A DNA stretch of 63,741 nt, the filler included, from Octopus bimaculoides (taxonomy: Eukaryota): NCBI RefSeq assembly GCF_001194135.2. It is 4 parts of 4 records of this genome, joined end to end, with 100 filler letters (N's around TTAATTAATTAA, not from the genome) between each part and the next. Parts side by side here need not be neighbours in the genome. Positions count along the whole stretch, not along the records: positions 1 to 15,139 come from NC_068998.1; positions 15,240 to 37,714 come from NC_068988.1; 2 more parts are not named here. One strand, written 5' to 3'. The position numbers were made by a program, and so were the translations under genes. Position 1 is the stretch's first letter. The number at the start of each line of letters is the position of its first letter. Below the pieces are notes generated by a model. The model was not told the origin of the DNA. It ran no database searches and saw nothing but the letters and a program-made list of their open reading frames with translations. Shown here piece by piece: positions 10,621 to 23,330 of the stretch.

Positions 10621-12479
10621 CCTCTGAAATTGCTGGCCTTGTGCCGAAATTTGGAACCATTTATATTGGCCCTGACCAATAGCTCTGATCTACTCACTAG
10701 ATTTTCCATAATGTAAAATGATGCATTGATTAATTTATTAATCTCAGTAATTTGTTCTCCATTTAACACTTTTAGCTTCCTTATACTTATCACAAACTGT
10801 ACCGTGTTTACTGTGACTAACCACTATTGGGTAGGTGACAGGCTTAACCCTTCACACATTTGAACACAATCTGATTCTTGATGCCTTTAGGGCAATCCAT
10901 CCATTGCAAGCATTCACATCAGGTCTTTGATCTGAGTATAACTCAGTATCTTGATGTGGTGCCTGCATTTGCACCAATTGATGTAGTGGTTTCTTCTTTT
11001 TCTTACATCAATCTGTTGAAAGACCACAAGTGTTGCTCTTCTTCCTCTGACAAACAAAGCAATGAAGAAAAGAAAAGGAAAAAGAAAGCCTATTTCCAAC
11101 CAATAACGTAATGGATTATTATTGTCCTTCAATGAATGACCTTTGATTTGTTCCGCCTCTGAGAAATTCATTGTGAAATTAACTCTGCAACTGTCGAGCA
11201 AATAGTTGGAAAAGTCAGTAGATTTTATAACACATTTTCCTTTCTTTCCTCGTGCTGCCACAGAATGTCAGTGTCTCTGATTATGAGTTAAATGTTGCTA
11301 TGAATGTTTTTAGATTCCTACTTTGTAGTGTGTATGTGTGTGAGAATGCGTGTATATGTGTAACATCATTGACCATCTTGCTACTTTCAACAGGGTCATT
11401 CACCTTCAGGACTATTGACCTGCTGTTCAGACTGAACGTTCACTCTAGCTTTAAGTTTTCAAAATAGCATAGCATAGCTGATCAACTTAACCAATTTAGA
11501 GTATTCATGCTGTAATTCCAAGTCTCTATGAAGGCTACCACATCTAAATCAAGTTGGTGGCGGTCATTCATGTGAGCCTACTTTGAGTTAAAAGCCAACA
11601 GCTAAAGCACACATATTCATACAGCCATTCTTTAGTAAACTTGTTTATACCTAGGGTTGAAAAACGAGAATTTAGTTCTTTCATTGGTGATAGAGATTAT
11701 ACAGGAGTGTAGGATGTCCTTTTTTTTCCTTCACTAATTCATCCATCAGCTTAAAGTTCTTTCAAACTACTACAACAGAAGCCTAGAGGAGGAGAAGCTG
11801 CTTTGTGGTAATGTTTTATCATGGGTGGTATTGTGTTTCCTTTGTCTTGAATGGCCAAAAGAGGATGGTTCATAACGCGTTTCTCTGACAAGAAAAAGGG
11901 GAGGATATTGAATAACAAAATTAGTCATGTGTCATGTGGGTGGGCAAAAATTAAGACAAAAGACTTTACAGGACTTATATTTTTGTGGGTATACAGAACA
12001 GTATGCCTGTCTGTTTATCTGTCCTCACTTGTTCAAGGACTGGAGGACTGGAGTAGGAGAAGGGTGTAGCTTTTTGACAAAAATAAACAGGGAACCCCCT
12101 TATTGCAGAAATACGATACAATAATAATGTCTAATTGGGTTGCATTTGAATTATAGTAATGTGAGTAGAATCTAAGATAGAGGAAGGCTGACGGTGATAA
12201 AAGAAAAATAAATTCAATGAATTCAAGGTGTTAACCTTGCAACATCCTGAAGCTTCTCAAATTCTGAAGAAAACTGATATTGTTGATAAATGGTTAAAAA
12301 ACAAAGTAGTTATAATTTATGAAGATATTCCAGTTGCTTCATGGATGGTGGAATGAAATAGGTGTCTATATATATTCAAATTGCTCATATGAATATAATA
12401 CTTCATTCTACATTTCTTTACTATACACACACACACATATATGTTTATATATTTACTTGTGTCTGCGGCTATGCTGGGG

Positions 12480-12800
12480 AACTGCCTTGAATTTTCAGTC
12501 GAATTAATCGACTCAGGTACTTTTTATAAAGCCTGATACTTATTCTATCAGTCTCTTTTGACAAAATACTAAATTACAGGAACGTAATCACACCAACAAC
12601 GGTTGTCAGGCAGTAGAAGTTAATGAACACAGACAAACACACATACGACGGGCTTCTTTCGGTTTCCGTCTACCAAACCCACCCACAAGGCTTCGGTTCG
12701 GCCCGAGGCTATAGTAGAAGACACCGAAGATCCTACGTAGTGAGACTGAACCTGGAATCATGTGGTTAGGAAGCAAGCTTCGTATCACATAACCACACAC
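12480..12800 (-). mobile_element. SINE family A
   Basis: Reverse-complement head at about 12730-12800 and body/tail toward 12480. Confidence 0.8.
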
Positions 12801-13169
12801 TTACACGCAAAGATATCTATAAAAAGCTCCTGATTAGTTATGCTTAAATATTCCTCTGTCCTCTATCTCTTACTACTCACCTACTAAATACTCTATCTAG
12901 ATACGATCTGGATGACTCGATTCGGTTACTCTAGGTTCACAGTGTTACGTTCACGAAATCCACTAGGTACCTGTCAGGCAGTTGGAAACTTTTGAGCAGG
13001 CTTATAAAGTTTTTACACACCGTCTACCAGCTTGCTCCACTAGCATTAAAGAACAGAATGTTCTCAAGAACACATCCAGCTGGATCAAGGAAGACGTGTT
13101 CTTGTCTGTGAATACCCCACAAGAAAAAATGCCTTTTAATCGGCATACTAATCCCAAGAGATCATATTA

Positions 13170-13495
13170 ACTTTCACTAGCACTCCGTCGGTTACGACGA
13201 TGGTACGATTAACAGAACAGTCTGCTCGTGGAATTAATGTGCAAGTGGCTGAGAACTCTACAGATGCACGTAAGCTTAACGTTGTTTACCGGGAGATTCA
13301 TCGTGACACAGAAAGTGATAAGGCTGGCCCTTTGAATTACAAGTACTGATAATTTTTCCCAGCTGAGTAGACTGGAGCAACGTGAAATGAAGTGTCTTGT
13401 TCAAGGAATATGTCAATACACACAACACATCGCCGGGTATCCAACTCACAACTTTACGATCGTGGGCTGAATACCCTAACCACTCAGCCACACAC
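13170..13495 (-). mobile_element. SINE family C, long form
   Basis: GGCTGAGTGGTTAGGG...CACGATCGTAAAG head, then the CAAGACACTTCATTTCACGTTGCTCCAGT body and ...CGTCGTAACCGACGG tail. Same family as 32425-32750 (+). Confidence 0.8.
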
Positions 13496-13590
13496 CGTCC
13501 GTTCTACCCTTTCTACATGTTTTCTCGTGGATCGGCACTGGCTCATTTACGGACTCTGTTCGCCTGGTCTTATTTAGCGATTCTTTTTTG

Positions 13591-13696
13591 CTTTGTTCAG
13601 AACTTGGCATAATACAGAGATTAGTTCTTGTGTTCAGCAGGAACTTTGTTCAGAACTTGGAATAATACAGTGATTAGTTCTTGTGTCCGGCAGGAG
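13591..13696. repeat. 53-bp tandem duplication
   Basis: CTTTGTTCAGAACTTGG(C/A)ATAATACAG(A/T)GATTAGTTCTTGTGT... present twice, with period 53. Confidence 0.9.
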
Positions 13697-14419
13697 CTAG
13701 TCGATTACTTGGTACTTAATTTTATCGATCACGAAAGGATGAGAAGCAAAACTGATCTTTGTAGGACTTGAATGCACAAGGTAAAGAGCTAGAAGGAATG
13801 CCACTCAGAAAGTTATTCGATGCGCAAATGATTCTGCCAGCTCACTGCCTTATGGTTTCAAATTTTGGCAAAAGGTCAGAAATGTTAGGGAAAGAGATTA
13901 ATCGATCATATCAAGCCCTGTACATTGGTACTTTACTTTATCGACCCGAAAGGATGGAAGGCGAAGTTGACCTCGATGGGATTTGAAAGCAGAACGTAAA
14001 GAACCAGAAGAAAATAAAACCAGGTATTGTGTACAATACACAAACACGGAGTTTACTGTTCCGTTAAACTAAGATCAACCAAAAGGTTCTCCATCTAGTG
14101 AGAGATAAATATCATTTAATGTACAAAGTATAAAGATATGAGCTACTATAGTTTCTTGCTTTGGAGATACGTGTCTAGGAAGGTTTTTATAACACGCCTT
14201 GTGTCTGCAACCAGTGTCCAGGCTATGAGCACACGGTCTATTCTATTTGGAAACCAGGACGCTGTTACATGAGAAACCACGAGGAAAAACGAGAAGTAGG
14301 TTGAAGCAAAAAGTGGAAAGGTGAATAAGAACGGAAAAAGAATAGAAAGAATATATANNNNNNNNNNNNNNNNNNNNNNNNNNNNNNNNNNNNNNNNNNN
14401 NNNNNNNNNNNNNNNNNNN

Positions 14420-14660
14420 NNNNNNNATATATATATAAAAAACAAATAATAAATGAGTATATGCATATATACGTACAAGTATGTGCATACCTACATCTAC
14501 CTGTATATATAGGTGCATATCTGGGTACAGGACGTTGCAAACAAAACGTAGACAAAAAATAATAATAACCAGAGTACAGAAAACACACAGGCCACATAGA
14601 GAACATTTTCCTTCATAAGCTGCTCCCATTCTAACACAGGCGTTTCGAAGAGTTATATTT
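14420..14660 (-). repeat. Dispersed non-coding repeat family (GTCCTGTACCC motif)
   Basis: Near-identical to 59330-59525 in the opposite orientation. Related segments at 15035-15135 and 36480-36700. Confidence 0.75.
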
Positions 14661-15239
14661 ATATATATATTTCTCACTTATCCTATCTCCAATTTTTTCC
14701 TCTCCCCTTCACGGTTCTCTGTCTGTCACTCTCTCTCCCTCACTCTTCCTCGCTTGCTCACGTAGCTCCCACGTGACCATCGGCCATCTTCTAACTTGTG
14801 TTTCTTTCTTTCTCTCCGTTGTAGCTGGATCAAGGAAGACGTGTTCTTGTCTGTCTCCTGTCCAAGCTTGATTTACGCGTTCGCCACCACAACCTAATTT
14901 AGGCTTAGCAACCCTTCCTGTTTGTTTTCACTGTCCGGTTTTTGCTACCAACTTTGACCCTCCGCAAAATCCCAAATTTTATTTGATTTGCTTTGCGGGA
15001 GCAACTGTTTTATCGAAAGCATATCTTATTGTTAAATGCTCGAAATAGAGAGTAGAAAAACAGCCAACAACCGATGATGGTTCGTTTTTTGTGTTGTTTG
15101 TCTTGTCTTCCATTTGTGTCTTTCGTTGTCCGAAAAAATNNNNNNNNNNNNNNNNNNNNNNNNNNNNNNNNNNNNNNNNNNNNTTAATTAATTAANNNNN
15201 NNNNNNNNNNNNNNNNNNNNNNNNNNNNNNNNNNNNNNN

Positions 15240-15304
<65 letters not shown>

Positions 15305-16740
15305 ATCTGGCAGAATCGTCAGCACGCCAAACTAAATGCTAATCGGAATTTCGTCTGTCGTTACGATCTGAGTTCAAATCCCGTCAAGATTGACTTAGCT
15401 TTTCATCATTTCAGGATCGATAAAATAAAATACATTGTGATTTGTGGGGGGGTCTATGTAACCGACTTCCCCTTCCCCTCAAAATTGCTCGCCTTGTACC
15501 AAAATTCTAAGCCGTGTTATTTGATTACATCTAATCTAATTATCAAGGATTTCAAGATGGCAGCTTGTGATTTTCGACAATAGAGTAAAAGGGAATTTTG
15601 CCTGCTATTGCCCAATGACTGCTTATTTCCTGTGAGGTCCCGTGTTGGCTCATTAGATGCTTCTCAGTTGTTTCGCTCAGAGCAGATAAGATAAGTATTG
15701 TTGATGTTCTATTCTTCGATAGGTTTCCTTGCCAAAATGAAAGAAAAAAATATTCGTATTCTACTAATGTATGAAGGAGTTGTTAGTTGAAACAGAATTA
15801 ACCACCATAGAGCAAAGAAGAACCACCCTAGTGAATTGAGTCTGCGATGCCATTTATTTAATCATTAATGCCCTTTCAGAAAGGCTTCAGCTGGTCTTCG
15901 AAATGTATTCCTTTGTGCAAAGTGAGAGAAAATCGATATTAAAAGTTCGAAGGGCTTTCAAATTGTAACCAAAAAGGAAGTGTAGCGAAAGCGAAGAAAG
16001 GGACGGTTGATTGTTGTTGCTTTATTTTTATTATCAACCTTACAAAAGGTAGTGAGCTGGCAGGATGCTTCATAATATTTCGTTTGTCTTTACGTTCCGA
16101 GTTCAAATTCCGTCGAGGTCGACTAAATAAGAAACAGCTGAAAACTGAGGTTGATGTAATCGACTTATCCCATCTTTTGAAATTGCTAGCGTTGAAACAA
16201 AATTCGAAACCATTATCATTCATTGTCATCATCACCAAACCTGTGATCAAGCGGAATGCTTAACCATATTTCGCTCGTTTCTGCGTTCTGAGTTCAGGTT
16301 CCTTTAAGGACGATTTTGCCTTCTATGTTTTCCTGGGTCGATGAAATACGTACTATTGAAGCACATAGGTTGATGTAAACGATTATCACTCCTCCCACCA
16401 AATTTCATGTGCCTATAGTAAAGGGATCGCAGGTTCGAATCTCAGACCAGGCGATGTGTGTGTTTATGAGTGAAACAGCCTAAGCTCCACGCGACTCCTG
16501 CGGAAGGTAATGGCGAACTTCTGCTGACTCTTTCGCCACAAATTTTCTCTCCAGCTTTCCTCCTGCATCTAGCACCTCACCGGTAACGGACCGGCGTCCC
16601 GTCCAGATGAGGAACGTATACGCCAATGAAACCGAGAAGCCGGCCCTTAGGAGCCAAGCATGGCTCGAGAAGGAACAAACAATTAGATAGTATAAAAAAT
16701 TATCATCATCATCATTTACAACATGAACGTTATGATCATT

Positions 16741-16775
<35 letters not shown>

Positions 16776-16789
16776 TATTGTTATTCTAA

Positions 16790-16960
16790 GGGCGGTGAAG
16801 TGGTAGAATCGCTAGCGAGTCGGACAAAATGCTTAGTGCCATTTAGTCCGTCTTTACGTTCTGAGTGCAAATTTGGCCGAACTTGACTTTGCCATTCGCC
16901 AATTAGGTATTGATAAAATAACGACCAGTTCAGAATTGGCGTCGATGTAATCGACTGATT
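16790..16960 (+). mobile_element. SINE family B
   Basis: GGCGGTGAAGTGGTAGAATCGCTAGC...GGACAAAATGCTTAG...GTCGATGTAATCGACT. Confidence 0.75.
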
Positions 16961-17089
16961 AATTTTGCAATTGATCTGGTACCGGATGAGGATTCTGTCT
17001 TATTTGTTATGTTTATTTTGCTTTACATGATTACGATCTTACGTTAACTTTCAAGTCACTCTCAATTATGTCCCTTTTGGCTATAACTA

Positions 17090-17410
17090 CTGTGTATGGT
17101 GAATTTCTTAACTATGACTTGTATTTGATAAGGATACACTAATTATTACTGTTACTATATTTTCTACAGCCACCTTTACATTCCATGACTACCATCGGGA
17201 TTGATCAGGCACTGGACAATGATTCTGGATTGTTTCTCCGGTTTTTTAACTTAATTTTTGAGAGCGGTCGGGTTCATTTCTAGTATTCTCGGTTGTGAGA
17301 GCAGTCGAGTTTATTTCATATATTCTCATTTTAAAAATCATCTTCAGTTAATCGTTGAGCGGACGATGGTGTTGCCTTAGCGGAGGTTTGCGCTCTCTGA
17401 TTGCTCTTGT
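17090..17410 (+). mobile_element. Helentron-type non-autonomous repeat (copy 1)
   Basis: Homologous to 19085-19390 and 47314-47658. 3' end GCGGAGGTTTGCGCTCTCTGATTGCTCTTGTT. Confidence 0.6.
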
Positions 17411-18391
17411 TATTATTGTTGTTGTTGTTGTTGATGTTGTTGTTATTGTTATTATCAACATTAAATTCCGCCGATGTCGACTTTGCCTTCCATCCTTTCG
17501 GGGTCAATAAAATAAGCACCAATTGAGTACTGGTGTCGATGTAATCGACAAGCCGCCTCTCTCAAAATTCCAGGCCTTGTGCCTACAGTTAAAAGGATTT
17601 TTATCATCATTAGTATTATTATCATCATGATCATTACATTTGTTGTTATTTGTTGTTATATTTTAGTCATTAACATTATTATTAATAGTAGTAAATTTAG
17701 TAGTATCTCCTTTTATGTCTTTTTATCACCTTTTATCTTTATTTTCATCTTGGTTGAAGAGTTAGCTTTGGTGGTTGGTTTCTTAGAATAATAATATATA
17801 TATTTTTTTATTCCTGTGTAGTATTTATTGATTAATACAGCCTTCATCTTCGATCAAGTGAAGGCAACAGTCAGATCAACGTTTTTTTTTTCTTTTCTTC
17901 TGTATTTCGCGGTTTATTTATTTATCATTTTTATTTACTTTCACTTTCGTTTTTTTTTTACCGCAAGGATTCTATTTCTGTCTTATTCCGCACAACGTTA
18001 TAATAATTCCGTAGGACATTTATATTTTGAATAAACCTCACGGCAGTGATGCTTGTTGATTTTTATATCATTCTTCTTTTATTTAATTTATATATTTGTT
18101 CAGTTCTTGCTTTCTTATATATGAACACAATGTCTTCTATAGTTGATAAGGTATCGGTATACTGACTCGTGGATCAAGATTTTGCATCTCAAAGTAGGTT
18201 TTCTATTGTATTGCTCTGCGAGATATCCATCCATAAACATATCTTTCCCCACAACCAAACCAAAAGCTTCATGTTCTTTGTAAGGATTTATTGTTGTCGA
18301 TATCTTCATGTCATGCCTCTCGTTTATGCAATCTTTGATTATGTCAAGTCGAATGCTTACCATTTTTATAAAGGGCTATGTTTATGCATGC

Positions 18392-18422
<31 letters not shown>

Positions 18423-19084
18423 ATATTTATTTATATTGTGATTGATGTTGCAGGTTTATAACTTATGGGCATAAGTTANNNNNNNNNNTATATATATGTA
18501 TGTATGTATATATATATATATATAATATTTATTTATATTGTGATTGATGTTGCAGGTTTATAACTTATGGGCATAAGTTAAACAGTGACTGAACGTTAGC
18601 CGACGTAGAAATCTATACAAATAGTATGGAGGTAGGTGAGTAGTTAGTGCCAATATCGATGCATACACATGGTCGATCTCTCTGCTAGAAATAACAACTT
18701 CATCTGTTACAAATCCTAGACAAAGTCTTAAAAACACCTGCACTGGATGTTGTAATGCCGAATACATAATGCCTGACAAACGTGGCAGGAATTCGTAGTT
18801 CAAACTCATTTGAAAGCAGCTGATAATTCTATATAATTTACATGTATAATCTCACCTATAATCACATCTATAACCATGGGTCAGTAAATGTGCGCATGTC
18901 TACTGCTAGCGACAGATATAAAGACATAAAAATATACCGCAGTAATTAGCTACAAATGTACAGGGGAAGGAAACAATTGGCGTTTTGTCACGAATCATTT
19001 TATTAAACAAAATAGGTATTCGAATAATGTCACACTGCTGGGTCCCAGTTATGCATTGGTGTCGATGTATGGACTAGTCCCCCT

Positions 19085-19392
19085 CCTGACGCTGGATGTA
19101 TTTGGATGAAACTTTCAGGGATGTTTGGCCTCGTGACTGGCACGAACCGTTTAGATTTTGAGATCGATCCGGTTGCGGACAAGGATTCTGGATTATTTTT
19201 CCGGTCTTTTTACTTAATGTTTGAGAGCGGTCGGGTTCATTTTTGAGAGCGGTCGGGTTCATTTTTAGTATTTTCGTTTGTGAGAGTCATCGAGTTTATT
19301 TCAGATATTCTCATTTTAAAAATCATCTCCGGCCAATCTTTGAGAGGACGATGGTGTTGCCTCGGGAGAGGTTTGAGCTCTCTCAGTGCTCT
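19085..19392 (+). mobile_element. Helentron-type non-autonomous repeat (copy 2)
   Basis: GGATGAAACTTTCAGGG...TTAGATTTTGAGATCGATCCGG...GGATTCTGGATT pattern typical of this class. Contains a local tandem duplication of GAGAGCGGTCGGGTTCATTT. Confidence 0.6.
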
Positions 19393-19953
19393 TGATGTTA
19401 TTATTATTACTATTGTTGTTTGTATATTTATTTATCGTCTACTTTACAGTTCAGTATATTCTATTATTTACATATACACTACACAGTATTCACCAAAACT
19501 GTCTACAGTAATACTTTGCTGCTTTTTATACCTCCAGTACTATTTACGGAACCATTATCTTTTACTACTGTTAATGCCACCGAGAGAATATAAAGGAAAG
19601 AAACATTGATATCATAACCATTCCATTAGCTGCATATAGTTTAAAAATAACTCCCGCACCCCAGGCACGCAAAGAAAACGTCTCTCCGTTTCCACACTCG
19701 GTATAATACACATAAATTGACCGTATTTCAAGTAAATTGTTATTCAACTGAATACTTTGGTAATTATAATAGAATCTATTATATTTTTCTGTTTTCTTTA
19801 ACGTTCAGTTTTCATTCACGAATCTACATAATAGGAAATATTTATGTATGAAATTGAATTTCGATGTTTTGTTAACAAAAGGCCAATTACATGTTTTGTA
19901 TGCGGATACATATATACATATATATGTGTGTGTCTGTGTGTGTGAGTGTGTGC

Positions 19954-20024
<71 letters not shown>

Positions 20025-20182
20025 CTATATTAATGTGAACGTGTTTATGCTTACGCACATGAATGTGTTCATATGCTTATACATATGCATGCATGTATGT
20101 ATGTATGCATATATCTATGTATGTGTGTATGGATATTTATGTGCATGGCGTATGATATTTTTATGTAATTTTAATTTAAATC

Positions 20183-20246
<64 letters not shown>

Positions 20247-22033
20247 GAGAGACAGACAGAGACCGAGACAGAGAGAGTGAGAGGGAATGAATTATAGACA
20301 CGCACATACATACTTATATTTTCATATAGACCTACACACACACGTACATATATGTATANNNNNNNNNNNNNNNNNNNNNNNNNNNNNNNNNNNNNNNNNN
20401 NNNNNNNNNNNNNNNNNNNNNTATACATATATAGAGAGAGAGAGTGAGAGAAAGATTGAGAGACAGTGATAGAGTAACAGTGAGAGAGAGATTGAGAGAG
20501 GCATACACTCACAAATACATGCATTGTCTATTTCATAATTTTTTTTACACATAAATATAGTCAGCATTTTTCAATTGAAAATTACGACTGTGAATGGATT
20601 ATATGCAATTTGCACACTAGGGAGTAGCATTCTATGCACGCCTGTATGTAACATACTGTGTGAGTGTATGTGTCTCTGTGTGTGTGAGCGTGTGTGTGTG
20701 TGTGTCTGTGTGTGCTATAATATGAGGTCTATTTCACTTCTCATTTATCTATCTTTTGATGTTGGAGGATTTAACAGATATTTTTACTTGAAGTTGAAAA
20801 TCTCAGATTAAATACATTCACGCACACACACATAAATGTATAAGCGTGTGGCTGTGTGAATATATATGTACATATTTGTATATATATATAGATAGATAGA
20901 TATATGTATGTATGTTTATACATACGCACACGCAATTAACAGTTGTCAATTGTGGAACACGACCGTCACTGCATGAACTTGAGGATGGCGTAACGCATGA
21001 AAGTACTAGATTATTTCAATATTCTCAAATTGTAAATATTCTAAATAATAAAATGTGAAAACCAGACTAAGTTAGTATTTCATTAATTAATATATGTATA
21101 TCAAAAAATGTGTTTATAATACTATTCCACAGCCATACCAACAATCCAATAATACTAATCTACACATACAAAAACAGTCATACCAAAAATTCAACATCCC
21201 TCCATCATCAGCTGCTCCACGGATATCATTATAGTTTCGACACTTGGGTAGTACCGTTTAATCCGGCGGTGTCAGCAGCACTAAAATAAGTGTTGTTTGG
21301 GAAGAAACAAACCAAAGAAACCACAACCTTCAAACACATTTACTCAATGTAAATAAATTCCATAAGTAAATTACATACCCTCCTAAATACGTAACTAAAC
21401 AGCGACAACTCTATTAAGTCATAAAACAATTATAATCACTACCGTCTTCCGTAGAGTAATATTAAAGTAAGGCTTAATAACCACATTATTTCACTCAATC
21501 AATACATGGGCAGGATTAAACACTAACTTTAATAAAACTACAACAAGAGACAGTTAAACCAATGTACATTGTATTGGCATTAATAATATACTGCAATAAC
21601 TAAATTATATGCTAAATTGCGATCCATTTTTAAGTGCAAATAAGTAATAATCCCACCGGTCTTCCATAGATTTTACTATAATGAATGTTCAAACCTTATA
21701 ACATCTTTTTCCAAAACAAAACACGATTTAAATTAATTTAATATTTTTATGAGTGAAATACATTATTTCATAATTCAAAAGTTAATAATAAAACACTCAT
21801 TGATATATCACAACTACAAGTTATAATATTAAATTACCAGTGACTAATATACACTTAAATTTCATTAAATAGGAACTAATGAAAGTACTTGTAATAAACT
21901 AATCTTATAAACCTTGCTATGTTTAAAGCTAATTAAACTGTTTAAAAGACAATAAAACTGCAAGCATTAAAACTATGAGCATTAACACTTACATGTTTAA
22001 TCAGAAACACGGCTCCCTCACCAAGAGCCACTA

Positions 22034-22095
22034 AATATTGGTGACGTAGTGCGTAAGTACCACTTTCTCAATTGTCCCAATACTGGTGACGTAGT
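22034..22095. promoter_or_regulatory. Twin CRE/ATF-like motifs (AATA(T/C)TGGTGACGTAGT x2), candidate promoter
   Basis: 17-mer repeated with one mismatch, 45 bp apart, in non-repetitive DNA. A strong minus-strand donor (AT|GTAAGT) lies at 21992. Confidence 0.35.
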
Positions 22096-22109
22096 AAACA
22101 ATTAACTCG

Positions 22110-22350
22110 AACCCTTTAAAGTTTAGCCAGGCTCATGGGCCCTGTTTCCCGGCTTCAATGGCGTGTGTGTTCCCCAGCTGGACGGGACGCCAGTCCATCG
22201 CAGCGTTACTCATTTTTTGCCAGCTGAGTGGACTGGAGCAACATGAAATGAAGTGTTTTGCTCAAGAACACAACGCGTCGCCCGGTCCAGGAATCGAAAC
22301 CACAGTCTTACGATCATGTTGCTGACACTCTAACCACTAAGCCACGTGCC
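22110..22350 (-). mobile_element. SINE family C, short form
   Basis: GGCACGTGGCTTAGTGGTTAGAGTG head, GGTTTCGATTCC B-box, and GCGATGGACTGGCGTCCCGTCCAG segment. Confidence 0.85.
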
Positions 22351-22351
22351 T

Positions 22352-22425
<74 letters not shown>

Positions 22426-22956
22426 CTGCTCTAAACATATATATATATACAGACACACAGACACACAGACACACGCATACACATTTGTACACAACGAGCT
22501 TTTCGAACTCACTCAGCTTTTCGAACTTTTCGAACCCACACACAAAGCAAATGTCGGCCCGGGGGGATATAGTATCAGATACTAACCCCATATGCCGCGC
22601 AGAGGGAATGAACCTTAAACCATCTGGTTTCAAATGATCCCTGATTGCTCCTGCAAATTTCATTTTTTCTATAAATAGATATGAGTTTACAAAAATAACA
22701 GAATCGGGGAGTTAAGAATCCGAATAAAGAGGTTAAATTAAGCCTTAGCAATTATAGCGGCAAATCGATATCATGGAAACGTTTGAAAACGCAGAGTTAA
22801 CGAAAATATCCACATCGCATAGGAATAATTTGAAAACATCTTTAAAATTATCAAGAGAACGATGGCGGTATTGATTAACTCCATCTTGGAAGATCAGTTA
22901 TTCGCTCTTATAAATTATTGTTTAACTTTCTATTAAGATGCGAAGGAAGATAGCAA

Positions 22957-22971
22957 ATAATAATAATAATG

Positions 22972-23018
<47 letters not shown>

Positions 23019-23106
23019 AATGATAATAGTAATAATGATAATAATAATTGTAGTAACAACAACAACAACAACAACAAAAGTAATAATAATAATAGTAATA
23101 ATAATG

Positions 23107-23171
<65 letters not shown>

Positions 23172-23236
23172 GGATTATTATTATTACTATTATATTTAAC
23201 GTTATTATTCTGACAAAGATAATGATGATGATAATA

Positions 23237-23289
<53 letters not shown>

Positions 23290-23330
23290 AATAATAACAA
23301 TAACAACAACAACAACTACAACAGCAATAA
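22957..23330. repeat. Compound (AAT)n/(AAC)n/(GAT)n microsatellite
   Basis: Directly visible. Explains the poly-N and poly-I ORFs. Confidence 0.95.

Noticed and set aside
11000-11047. EEEQHLWSFNRLM resembling COQ7 (QEKDHLKKFNELM), and a TGA-TGT possible selenocysteine frame
   Set aside because: Very short match followed by a stop, no other COQ7 exons, and no SECIS recognised.
15140-15239. TTAATTAATTAA islands inside N runs (also 37759-37770 and 59143-59154)
   Set aside because: The same 12-mer (stops in all six frames) centred in a 44N+12+44N = 100-bp block (counted at 15140-15239) is an artificial assembly linker. Order and distance across these joins are uncertain.
18415-18580. Direct duplication of about 65 bp
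   Set aside because: The two copies flank a short N gap, typical of an unmerged contig overlap.
18103-18631. Plus-strand exon-like segments (18103-18149, about 18200-18280, 18557-18631) and 19809-19845
   Set aside because: They could not be chained into a coherent frame, one has stops in all frames, and such sites are expected by chance in AT-rich DNA.
21190-21250. Hammerhead-like GAAAC...CTGATGA on the minus strand
   Set aside because: There is no G-U-H cleavage triplet able to close stem III.
21000-21960. Possible mitochondrial insertion (AT-rich unique stretch)
   Set aside because: No recognisable mitochondrial gene, rRNA or tRNA motif.
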